Origin: Nitrospirota bacterium
Lineage (GTDB): Bacteria; Nitrospirota; UBA9217
Reading direction: 5' to 3'
Assembly (NCBI GenBank): GCA_963737155.1
Contig: CAVTRN010000002.1
Coordinates: 2,048,001-2,112,000, forward strand
Length of the DNA: 64,000 nt
The notes under the pieces were generated by a model that was not told where the DNA came from, searched no databases, and saw nothing but the letters and a program-made list of their open reading frames with translations. Shown piece by piece: positions 52,820 to 61,220 of this stretch. The translations under genes were made by a program, and so were the position numbers. Each line of letters starts with the position of its first letter. Positions within the stretch are counted from its first letter, which is position 1.

Positions 52820-54214
52820 TTATATCGGCAACAAATTCAGGTTAAATCCTCTTTCAATGAGCCACGTAAACCCCAAAACGAATATGGCAAGTGATACGCC
52901 GACGGTCACTTTTCGGAACTCTATTTTAGTTCTGAGCATGTGCAAAATCGGCAACAGAACGAGGAAAATCATCAGTTGTCCGAGTTCCACCCCGAGGTTG
53001 AAAGATACTACCGATACTAAAAGGTTCGATTTTCCGACGATTAGTTCCTGCAGAACGCTTGCAAAGCCGAATCCGTGAATTAGCCCAAAACAAAATGTCA
53101 ACAGCCATCGATAATTGACTTCTTTCCTAAACAGGTTTTCAAGAGCGACAAAACAAATGGAAAAGGCTATTACCGATTCGACAACGCGAGAATTCAAACT
53201 AATAACCTGCGTTGCCGCCAACAGCAGGGTAATGCTATGTGCTATGGTAAATGCAGTGATTATCTTCAGAACTTCCTTGATTGACAGTCCAACAACTATA
53301 AGGGCCAGGAGAAACGCTATATGGTCATAACCAGTTAAAATGTGCTCAATGCCGAGCAGCACAAATTCACCGATATTTTCCCATATTGAGCTAATCACCG
53401 GTTGTTTCGGAACGTCGCTGCTCTGACCGGATTTATGGGGCCTGTTTAATGCAAGTAAGCCGCTTGTGGAGACTGAGGCAGTCGGATTCCGGGAAAAATG
53501 TGTTTTCTTCTCACCGTCATACGCCGACAAAGCCCCGGTCTTTTTCACGTGAGTGATGGCTGTAACCGTACCCATTGGTACAATGTTTAGATTCTTTTCT
53601 TTCTTAACGACGTTTGATGCTATACTTGCCGGGGAACCCTTAATGGAAACATCCCACTCATGCGCATCGTGTTCAAACGTGTATTGGCCATTGGGCTGTG
53701 AATAATCCACGACTTTCTGTAAATCGTCCCCAACGGCATCGGTCAAATACAAATAAGCAAGATTTACATGCGCATTGTTTGTTTCCTCGAATAACAACTG
53801 GTAATCAATTTTTACGGGGTTCTCGGGATTGGGAAAATTGACATTAGCGACGGACAGCCATATCTTAAACATGCCGGTTACATTTCTGGTAAGCTTTGTT
53901 ACTTTCACCGGATATATTTTATTGTTGATCGTTATGGACATCTTTTTATTTATATAAGGCTGAATGATATCGGCCGCGATTTTACCCAGTTCTTCATCGG
54001 AACTTGATTCAGGATTGTAATGCCCCTCTTTTATACCTTTTATCCCTTCGAATAAAAGAGAATTGAGCTCTATGAAGGCCGTAATATTGTTTTTGCCAAT
54101 ACACCACATGGACCCGCCCATCGGGATATTGTGCGCCGAAGCGGTCATTGCTGCTGAAAATATCAGGATTGCTGCTATCGATAAATACAGTTTCTTGAAA
54201 AATGGAGTGAGCAT
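52820..54214 (-). CDS. HupE/UreJ-family membrane protein with a large N-terminal periplasmic domain
   Basis: Signal peptide ending ASA-H; LGIEHILTGYDHIAF, TAFTIAHSITL, FGLIHGFGFA, FNLGVELGQ. Confidence 0.9.
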   Translation of the reverse strand: MLTPFFKKLYLSIAAILIFSAAMTASAHNIPMGGSMWCIGKNNITAFIELNSLLFEGIKGIKEGHYNPESSSDEELGKIAADIIQPYINKKMSITINNKIYPVKVTKLTRNVTGMFKIWLSVANVNFPNPENPVKIDYQLLFEETNNAHVNLAYLYLTDAVGDDLQKVVDYSQPNGQYTFEHDAHEWDVSIKGSPASIASNVVKKEKNLNIVPMGTVTAITHVKKTGALSAYDGEKKTHFSRNPTASVSTSGLLALNRPHKSGQSSDVPKQPVISSIWENIGEFVLLGIEHILTGYDHIAFLLALIVVGLSIKEVLKIITAFTIAHSITLLLAATQVISLNSRVVESVIAFSICFVALENLFRKEVNYRWLLTFCFGLIHGFGFASVLQELIVGKSNLLVSVVSFNLGVELGQLMIFLVLLPILHMLRTKIEFRKVTVGVSLAIFVLGFTWLIERGFNLNLLPI

Positions 54215-54240
54215 ATGGGTATCCTCATCTTCGCAAGTAT

Positions 54241-54269
54241 AAGACGGGGGGCCCGAAGGCCCCCGTCTT
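54241..54269. terminator. GC-rich hairpin between the PEP-CTERM and HupE genes
   Basis: AAGACGGGGGGCC-cgaa-GGCCCCCGTCTT; resembles the 49913 hairpin. Confidence 0.65.
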
Positions 54270-54277
54270 CACATTAT

Positions 54278-54862
54278 TTAGACAATCATATTACGACGGA
54301 TGCCGAACAGACCGAGCAGCCCCGAGCCGAACAGCCAGGCAGCCGCCGGAATCGGAGTCTGAGCTACATTGACCTCAATGCTGTTGTTTGTCACCGCAGC
54401 ACCAGTCGAGGTTAAATTAACTATGGTTGCGTACCCATCGGTCGTATCCGACGTGAGAATTGGGGTTGCTCCATCGGAGCCCCAGAAGGAAAGCCCGAAT
54501 GAGTTGTTCGTTGAGCCGCTCAAATCAAGGGAAAATTGGACTGTAGAGCCGAACGTTACCTGCTGAAAGTAGTCGTTCCAGCCATCCGTGTTGTTGATGG
54601 TTAAGGCCGATGGGAGCGCTCCCGTGACAGCACCTGTTGGCGTAACGGAGCCAAGCACGGCGTCAGAAACGAAATTCGATACAACTGCGGCTGACAGTGG
54701 TTGAGCGATCTCATTTGGGTTGTACTGCAATTCGATGTATCCAGTTTGTCCGGCAACGGATGATGTGTTTGCCGTAAAATTGTAGGAATAATCTGCGAAT
54801 GCCGAAGTGGCAGCAAACATCATAACAGCAACGACGAGAAGCCTGATTATGAGACGTTTCAT
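54278..54862 (-). CDS. PEP-CTERM (VPLPA-type) exosortase-sorted surface protein
   Basis: GGGAGG RBS, ATG 54862; signal peptide; C-terminal TPIPAAAWLFGSGLLGLFGIRR. Confidence 0.92.
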   Translation of the reverse strand: MKRLIIRLLVVAVMMFAATSAFADYSYNFTANTSSVAGQTGYIELQYNPNEIAQPLSAAVVSNFVSDAVLGSVTPTGAVTGALPSALTINNTDGWNDYFQQVTFGSTVQFSLDLSGSTNNSFGLSFWGSDGATPILTSDTTDGYATIVNLTSTGAAVTNNSIEVNVAQTPIPAAAWLFGSGLLGLFGIRRNMIV

Positions 54863-55004
54863 TGAATTCCTCCCAATCATTTATTTTTTATTATTTTTGA
54901 AGTTTTTTCTTCCAATAAAAATCTTCTGTTCTTTACTTTAAACTCAATAAAAACTATCCCCCCTTTCTGTAATAGATGCTGCGTCGTCTCCCCCTTTCAT
55001 GGCG

Positions 55005-55046
55005 AAAAAAATCCGGGTGCTTTCTCTTGCGAAAAAGGCAACCCGG
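55005..55046 (-). terminator. Riboswitch expression-platform terminator
   Basis: CCGGGTTGC...GCACCCGG-ATTTTTTT overlaps the 3' strand of the aptamer. Confidence 0.7.
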
Positions 55047-55106
55047 CTGTCCGCGAGGGACCCGTGGCTTTCCGTCCCCGTCTTACAACGGGTTTGGCTT
55101 TAGCGG
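55037..55106 (-). ncRNA. c-di-GMP-I (GEMM-I) riboswitch
   Basis: CCGCTAAAG-CCAAACC-CGTT-GTAA-GACG-GGGACGG-AAAGCCACGGGTCC...GGACAGCCGGGTTGCC; GNRA tetraloop; G at the position that separates c-di-GMP from c-AMP-GMP binders. Confidence 0.88.
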
Positions 55107-55190
55107 CTTGGCAGCTTTTTTGAGCTTGTTATGCGCTCGAGATTAAATGTATATTTACCAATCAGGCAACCTCCCAAATTCTTCAAACAT

Positions 55191-55270
55191 AAAAAAACCG
55201 CTACGAATATTTCCGTAGCGGGCTCTAAGGTAACCCTGATTCAGGGGCCTAAAAAGTACCCGATGATAAT
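55191..55270 (-). ncRNA. Unknown structured RNA element plus intrinsic terminator, copy A
   Basis: CGGGUACUUUUUAGG-CCCCUG-AAU-CAGGGUUA-CCUUAGAGCCCG overlapping terminator CCGCUACG-GAAAUAUU-CGUAGCGG-U7. Confidence 0.55.
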
Positions 55271-55407
55271 GATTACGACCACATATTCTTGCGTCCCCAT
55301 CTTTCAATGGGTTCGTCTTTATCGGCTAACAAGCTTTTTTGAGCTTATTATGCGATCGAGATTGAATGTATGCTGACTAATTAGGCAACCTCTCGAATTC
55401 TTTAAAC

Positions 55408-55488
55408 AAAAAAATCCGCCACGAATATTTCCGTAGCGGGCTCCAAGGTACCCCTGATCCAGAGGCCTAAAAAGTACCCGATGATAAT
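55408..55488 (-). ncRNA. Unknown structured RNA element plus intrinsic terminator, copy B
   Basis: CGGGUACUUUUUAGG-CCUCUG-GAU-CAGGGGUA-CCUUGGAGCCCG plus CCGCUACG...CGUGGCGG-AU7; differences from copy A keep the pairing. Confidence 0.55.
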
Positions 55489-55831
55489 ATTACAACCACT
55501 TACACTATAGTTCGAATCTTATTTCCAACCAACAACGGTGCCTCAGGACAAATAATACGTTCTATTTGCCCTTCACGACCTTGTTGCGTGAAGAGGTCTG
55601 GCTTGCAAGCCCATTTCACACAGTGAGGCAGGACAAACAGTTCTTTAGTACATATTTTTCGCTGAGACAGAAGATTATCCCGTGGCTTTATTGCCCTATA
55701 GATCTTTCGATCATCAACGTTTATTCACGTGCCTATCGTGCTTAAGAGATCCTGTTGCCGCCTTTGGTGTTTCTTCCCTTCCAATCATGACAAAACGATA
55801 CCTGCAAGATAAACAAAGAGCGCTCTAATAC

Positions 55832-56072
55832 AGAACTATTTCATAAGACTGTTACCGCTTATTCCGCATACTGCGCGATAGATCTTCATAATCCACTCTC
55901 TAAACGTTCATTCGTGGATGTCAGTTCCATGGAACGGCGGAAAGAATACTACATTTAGATTTCGATCACTATAACACATGAATGTTTCATTATTATGAAA
56001 ATATGGTTACATTTTTATCATGCTAAATATAGCGACTGACAAATTAGTTTCTTGCAATATCAATGAGATGTT
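55832..56072. repeat. Dispersed ~245-bp intergenic repeat, copy 2
   Basis: Homologous to 49270-49512, same orientation. Confidence 0.85.
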
Positions 56073-56199
56073 TATTTTTTTTCGTCAATCTGTTTGCCCG
56101 ATAAATTAAACCGCGCCACATTTGTCGAAACAATCTATTTTTTTCAGCAACGAATTCGGTTTTCCATTAACGAGATTAAATTTATGATAAAATCAGTCG

Positions 56200-56720
56200 G
56201 CAAGGGCTCCCTTAAATATTCTAATTGGCATGCTGACCTCCTTTTCCATTTATCAATTTTCCCATAAGGGTCTCCCGAACATTGTTTGGTGCAATTTAGA
56301 TCTCTTAATAATATCGATTTCGTCACATCATTCCTCTATTTGGCAATTGCACGATTAAACTTGCTATTCTCAGTAGCCTTCTGGCTGTTTTGTCGCGGAC
56401 GTGCATGTTCAGGCATCTTGGGAAAAGCGTTTCCCAGAATCTTTCTGCCATTATCTGCGATTTATGCTATGAACACGTTAACAAGGATCATCTCCCCTCT
56501 GAGTCTTTCGACCATCGCATTCATTTAACGAAATTTTAACCTTATTTCAATATTTATGTAACACTTCAGGCGTATTTTTTTGCAAGATACTCTCTCTGTC
56601 GTTTTTTCCCAGTCTACAGAAGTTTCTCTGATATATCTGCTTGCTCATTCCATGATGGCGCAGGTTGCTGGAGAATGAAGCGATTGACAGCGGCTGGTGA
56701 AATATTTCTTGAGCTGTTGC
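56200..56720 (-). pseudogene. Possible decayed histidine kinase
   Basis: Ordered fragments AQEIFHQPLSI (H-box-like), IADNGRKI (G1-like) and TKQPEG; many stops. Confidence 0.3.
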
Positions 56721-57220
56721 ATATTCTTTAAAAAACAGAAAACAGGGAATTATCTATGTCGGTACAAAGCATGAAGATTTTTCTTCCACAAGGGTCTGAA
56801 AAGTAATTTGCTAAATTTTCTGTGGCCATCCAGAAGCTAACAGGATTTCGGCTGCTCTTTTTGACCGCTTTTATATGGATAATCTTCCATTATTTCCTAC
56901 GACAAAACGTAAGAATATTTCCTGTGTTCGACACCGTCACCGATATTGTCAATCTTCGGCATGATGCTTGACTGTGTACCATGGATACTCACGAAATGAT
57001 GCCACATGGAGATTTTAACACCCATGGGCAAGCTGTACAAAGATTACCGTCAGTTCAATTCCAAAACAGCGCCGCGTTTTTAATAAATGCGGCCCACTTG
57101 TATGTCGCGTGACAAGGTACTATTACTATTTATTCTAAACACTATCTTTTCAAGTAGACGCATATTTCCTTTCTTCCCTGCTACTAAAACCGTTTGGCAT
57201 AATTGTTAATTTGTTTTTCT

Positions 57221-57237
57221 TAATGTTCGTAACATTA
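57221..57237. promoter_or_regulatory. Perfect 7-3-7 palindrome upstream of exbB, Zur/Fur-box-like
   Basis: TAATGTT-CGT-AACATTA. Confidence 0.4.
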
Positions 57238-57549
57238 AATAACATATTTTTGAACATCGTAGTTCTACAGTTCTTATATTGCATCCCCGAGCTCGTGTAA
57301 GAGATGATTATCTTTGGTTATACTTAAATCAGCAGTTGACATGCTGGCTTTTTTGAAGATCGATTAAAATAGCTTCAATTTTTGTCAACGCATAAATGAG
57401 AATTTTAACTGCTCTGCCACAGCCACAAGTGGGCAATAATGCTTTTAGTGGACTGATTCGATTTTTTCCTGCCAATTCAGGATAAAAGGTAGTTCTACTT
57501 ACAGCATGTGCTGGCGCGATTTAATTACAGTAAAGGGGCGAGAGAAAAA

Positions 57550-57984
57550 ATGGAATGGCTCAGAGTTGCTATTGATTATGGAATCATGGGATTATTGCTG
57601 CTCTTAAGTATTGTATCTGTTGCAATAGCTGTTGAAAGGCATCTGGTCTACAAGAATCTCAACATAAGCCAATATCGGGATATAAAAAGCCTGGAAATCG
57701 TGCTTACCGAGAAGCTTCACTTCATTGGAACTATTGGAAGCAATGCTCCCTATATCGGACTGCTCGGCACGGTGCTTGGTATCATGCTCACCTTTTACAC
57801 GATGGGGAAAGAGGGCTTCATGGACTCGGGGAAGATCATGATCGGTCTTTCCCTCGCCTTGAAGGCTACGGCCGCAGGATTGCTTGTTGCTATCCCGTCT
57901 GTTGTCCTTTACAACCTTCTGGTGAGAAGGGCAAAGGTTCTGATGATGCAGTGGGAGATAAATAATGGACGAGAAAGAGTTTAA
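57550..57984 (+). CDS. exbB: TonB-system energizer ExbB
   Basis: TIGSNAPYIGLLGTVLGIMLTF...LALKATAAGLLVAIP; probable ATG 57550. Confidence 0.93.
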   Translation: MEWLRVAIDYGIMGLLLLLSIVSVAIAVERHLVYKNLNISQYRDIKSLEIVLTEKLHFIGTIGSNAPYIGLLGTVLGIMLTFYTMGKEGFMDSGKIMIGLSLALKATAAGLLVAIPSVVLYNLLVRRAKVLMMQWEINNGRERV

Positions 57985-58345
57985 TTACATCAATGTCATA
58001 CCTCTTGTTGATGTGATGCTTGTGCTTCTCACGATCGTGCTGACGACATCTAGCTTTATTGCAACGGGGGCCCTTCCGGTTGAACTTCCCAAGGCGGCGA
58101 AGAGCCCGTCAGAGATAGCGAAGACGCTGACCATCGAGATAGACGTAAGCGGGAACATATGTCTAAACCGCCGTCCTGCATCGCTCGATGAATTGAATAT
58201 CTCGTTGCAAGCCATCCCCAGAGATATTCCGCTTCTTATCAGGGCTGACAAGAATATCCGTCTGCAGGCATTTGTAGACGTCCTTGACGTCGTGAAAAAC
58301 CTAGAATTTAAAAGGGTCAGCTTGCAGACGCAAGAGATGAGATGA
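57965..58345 (+). CDS. exbD: Biopolymer transporter ExbD
   Basis: INVIPLVDVMLVLLTIVL, IRADK. Confidence 0.93.
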   Translation: MDEKEFNYINVIPLVDVMLVLLTIVLTTSSFIATGALPVELPKAAKSPSEIAKTLTIEIDVSGNICLNRRPASLDELNISLQAIPRDIPLLIRADKNIRLQAFVDVLDVVKNLEFKRVSLQTQEMR

Positions 58346-59004
58346 AGTACCAGCGTATCGGCTTACAGATATCCATCCTCATACACCTATTGCTCTGTAT
58401 GATTGGCTTCGGGTATGGCTATTTTTTCTTAGTTCCTGCGAGCGCACCCATTCCTCTCGAGATCGGGATTATCTCCTGTCCTGAGCCCGCCCCGATTCAG
58501 GTTGCGCGGCAGCACAGGAACCGATTCCACATGGTTAAAGAATCCCGTAAGCCGGCGCAGCAGCCGGAAACACTCTCTCGGACAGCGGTGGCTGAGCAAC
58601 CGATTGTGAGGCAGGAAGTGATAGCCGCGCAGACAGGAACGGCCCCACAGAAGGAAGCTGGCCCGCAGGCAGGAACGGACGAATCTTTAAAAGCGAGTCA
58701 AACTGCACCTAACGGCTCGATAGTCGGTCCCGTTTTTAATGCTGATTATCTGCATAATCCAAAACCATTATACCCGCTTATTGCGCGGCGGTTGAAGCTG
58801 GAAGGAACCGTTGTAGTACGGGTGCTGGTAAGCTCCGCGGGTAAGGCTGAAGCCGTCCACTTGGGGACAAGCTCCGGATCGAATGTGCTGGATCAAGCAG
58901 CTTTAAATGCTGTGCAGGAGTGGTCATTCGTACCGGCGCAGCAGGGAGTTCAGCCTGTTACCTCCTGGGTGGACGTCCCCATTCGTTTTCGCTTGACCGA
59001 CTGA
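58342..59004 (+). CDS. tonB: Energy transducer TonB
   Basis: N-terminal TM; NPKPLYPLIARR..EGTV.VRVLV...SSG...LDQAA...W.F.PA. Confidence 0.92.
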   Translation: MKYQRIGLQISILIHLLLCMIGFGYGYFFLVPASAPIPLEIGIISCPEPAPIQVARQHRNRFHMVKESRKPAQQPETLSRTAVAEQPIVRQEVIAAQTGTAPQKEAGPQAGTDESLKASQTAPNGSIVGPVFNADYLHNPKPLYPLIARRLKLEGTVVVRVLVSSAGKAEAVHLGTSSGSNVLDQAALNAVQEWSFVPAQQGVQPVTSWVDVPIRFRLTD

Positions 59005-59066
59005 CGTGGCCCAAACCGCAGATCAGGAATGAAAAGTTATGCCGGATTTTTTTGGAGGAGTACCAT

Positions 59067-61139
59067 ATGCACCGACGGATTAAAAGCCGGTACATTGCCA
59101 TATTTGCTATCGGGATGTTCTTATTTTCTAGTGGGCCTACAGCACCTGTCTTTGCCGGAGGAGTCCAGACTCTCAATACCGTGGAAGTGACCGGTTCTGC
59201 TGAGGATCTGGTGGGCTCGGCGGATTCCGCTACCGAGGGAACCATCACGCCTCAACAGATCGAAGACCTTCCTGTGTTGCGGACCGGTGAATTTCTTGAA
59301 GAAGTCCCGGGCCTGATTGTCAGCCAGCACAGTGGCGAAGGCAAGGCGAACCAATACTATTTACGCGGATTTGACCTCGATCACGGGACTGATTTGGCAA
59401 CGACAGTGGCGGGTATGCCGATCAATATGCCGACCCATGCGCATGGGCAGGGATATACGGACTTGAACTTCTTAATGCCGGAACTTCTTGGAGGCATCCA
59501 ATACAGAAAAGGGCCGTACTACGCAGATCAGGGAGACTTTTCCGCCGCCGGCGCCGTCACCATGGATTACGTCAATGTGCTGGACCGGAATATCGCTGAA
59601 GCGGGCATAGGGAACGAAGGCTATCGCCGGGCTTTGGTGGCGGGGTCCTCGGCGCTTGCCGGAGGGCATCTGCTCTACGGTCTTGAAGCGTATCATCATG
59701 ACGGACCCTGGGTTCACCCTGACGATTACGATAAATTCAATAGCGTGCTTCGCTACAGTCATGGTGATGCTCAAAACGGCTACAGCATAACCGCCCTGGG
59801 TTACGACGGTACCTGGAATGCCACGAACCAGGCCGCTATCCGCGCCATAGATGAAGGCCTGATCTCCCGTTATGGCGCCCTCTCTCCCATGGATGCAGGA
59901 AATTCTTATCGATTCAGCCTTTCCGCGGAAGGGCAACAGACATCGGAGGATTCGATTACCCGGGAGAATGCATATCTGATCAAGTATCAAATGACTTTGT
60001 GGAACAATTTTACGTATGATTTGGTGGATCAGGTCAATGGAGACCAGTTTGAGCAGCACGATGAGCGGATCGTTTCCGGTTTCGGTGTCAGCCATGATTG
60101 GATAACGCAGCTGGCTGGCCACGATATGGTCAATACCGTCGGAGTGCAGGTACGCAATGACGACATCAGTCCGGTCGGACTGTACCATACCATGAATCAG
60201 CAGGTGCTTTACCTGACAGAGCAGGACACTGTCATACAAACCAGCGGAAGCGTTTATGTACAGAACCGTTTTCAATGGTCGGATAAATTCCGCAGCATAG
60301 TGGGGCTCCGCGGGGACGCTTACCATTGGGACGTTACGGCCAATATCCCCCAAAATTCCGGCGACGCCCACGCATCCCTCCTGGATCCTAAATTGAGCCT
60401 GATTTTCGGACCCTGGGATAAGACAGAATTCTATATAAATGCCGGCCAAGGTTTCCACAGCAATGACGGACGAGGAACAACCATGACGGTGGACCCACTG
60501 ACACTCGAGCCGACCAGCAAAGTCAGCCCCCTCGTGCGGGCCGAGGGGCTTGATGTCGGGACGAGAACCGCGGTCATCCCGAATTTGCAAAGCGAGCTTA
60601 CTTTTTGGGCACTCAATCTGGCCTCTGAGCTCGTCTTCGATGCCGACGTAGGCGAAACCACGCCGAGCTATGAGAGCCGCCGGTATGGCTTGGAATGGGC
60701 AAACTATTATAAGCCGACGTCATGGTTTACACTTGATGCAGACTTAGCCTTATCTCATGCACGCTTTGTCGGTGATCCTGTCGGAAACCGCATTCCTGGT
60801 TCACCCGAAGCAATATTCTCTGCCGGAGCCTCTGTTGACAATATAAATGGCTATCTCGGCAGCCTGAAGGTGCGTTATTTCGGACCACGCCCGCTTTATG
60901 ATGACAACAGTGTCCGGTCCGAAGCGTCCACAATCGTGGACGGCCGGGTCGGCTATAAATTCAGCAATAACTGGCGTCTCTTCCTTGATGTTTTCAACCT
61001 GTTTAACGCAAAGGTCAGCGATATTGACTATTTTTACGTATCCCGGCTTCCGGGTGAACCCCCGGCAGGCGTAGCGGATATTTCCACTCACCCAGCTGAT
61101 CCGCTGGAAGCTCGCCTTACACTTTCCATGAGCTTCTGA
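59067..61139 (+). CDS. TonB-dependent receptor
   Basis: GGAGGAG RBS before ATG 59067; VPGLIVSQHSGEGKANQYYLRGFDLDHGTD plug; C-terminal Phe. Confidence 0.93.
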   Translation: MHRRIKSRYIAIFAIGMFLFSSGPTAPVFAGGVQTLNTVEVTGSAEDLVGSADSATEGTITPQQIEDLPVLRTGEFLEEVPGLIVSQHSGEGKANQYYLRGFDLDHGTDLATTVAGMPINMPTHAHGQGYTDLNFLMPELLGGIQYRKGPYYADQGDFSAAGAVTMDYVNVLDRNIAEAGIGNEGYRRALVAGSSALAGGHLLYGLEAYHHDGPWVHPDDYDKFNSVLRYSHGDAQNGYSITALGYDGTWNATNQAAIRAIDEGLISRYGALSPMDAGNSYRFSLSAEGQQTSEDSITRENAYLIKYQMTLWNNFTYDLVDQVNGDQFEQHDERIVSGFGVSHDWITQLAGHDMVNTVGVQVRNDDISPVGLYHTMNQQVLYLTEQDTVIQTSGSVYVQNRFQWSDKFRSIVGLRGDAYHWDVTANIPQNSGDAHASLLDPKLSLIFGPWDKTEFYINAGQGFHSNDGRGTTMTVDPLTLEPTSKVSPLVRAEGLDVGTRTAVIPNLQSELTFWALNLASELVFDADVGETTPSYESRRYGLEWANYYKPTSWFTLDADLALSHARFVGDPVGNRIPGSPEAIFSAGASVDNINGYLGSLKVRYFGPRPLYDDNSVRSEASTIVDGRVGYKFSNNWRLFLDVFNLFNAKVSDIDYFYVSRLPGEPPAGVADISTHPADPLEARLTLSMSF

Positions 61140-61220
61140 TAGCCGGTTCGTGTGCTACGCATAAAGTTCGCTTTGCATCTGGTATAGAAAATCAGAGATG
61201 TTTTCATCTGAATAAATTTA

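Larger units (their letters stand above)
55071..55500. repeat. Tandem duplication, period about 219 bp, in the PEP-CTERM upstream region
   Basis: 55071-55282 aligns with 55290-55499; the upstream unit keeps only the P2 half of a GEMM aptamer (GACGAACCCATTGAAAGATGGGGACGC). Confidence 0.9.

Noticed and set aside
55037-55106. c-AMP-GMP (GEMM-Ib) specificity for the riboswitch
   Set aside because: The base preceding P2 (CC-AAACC) is G, not A, which favours c-di-GMP
57193-57210. Sigma54 promoter TTGGCATAATTGTTAAT upstream of exbB
   Set aside because: The -24 GG is present but the -12 GC is missing
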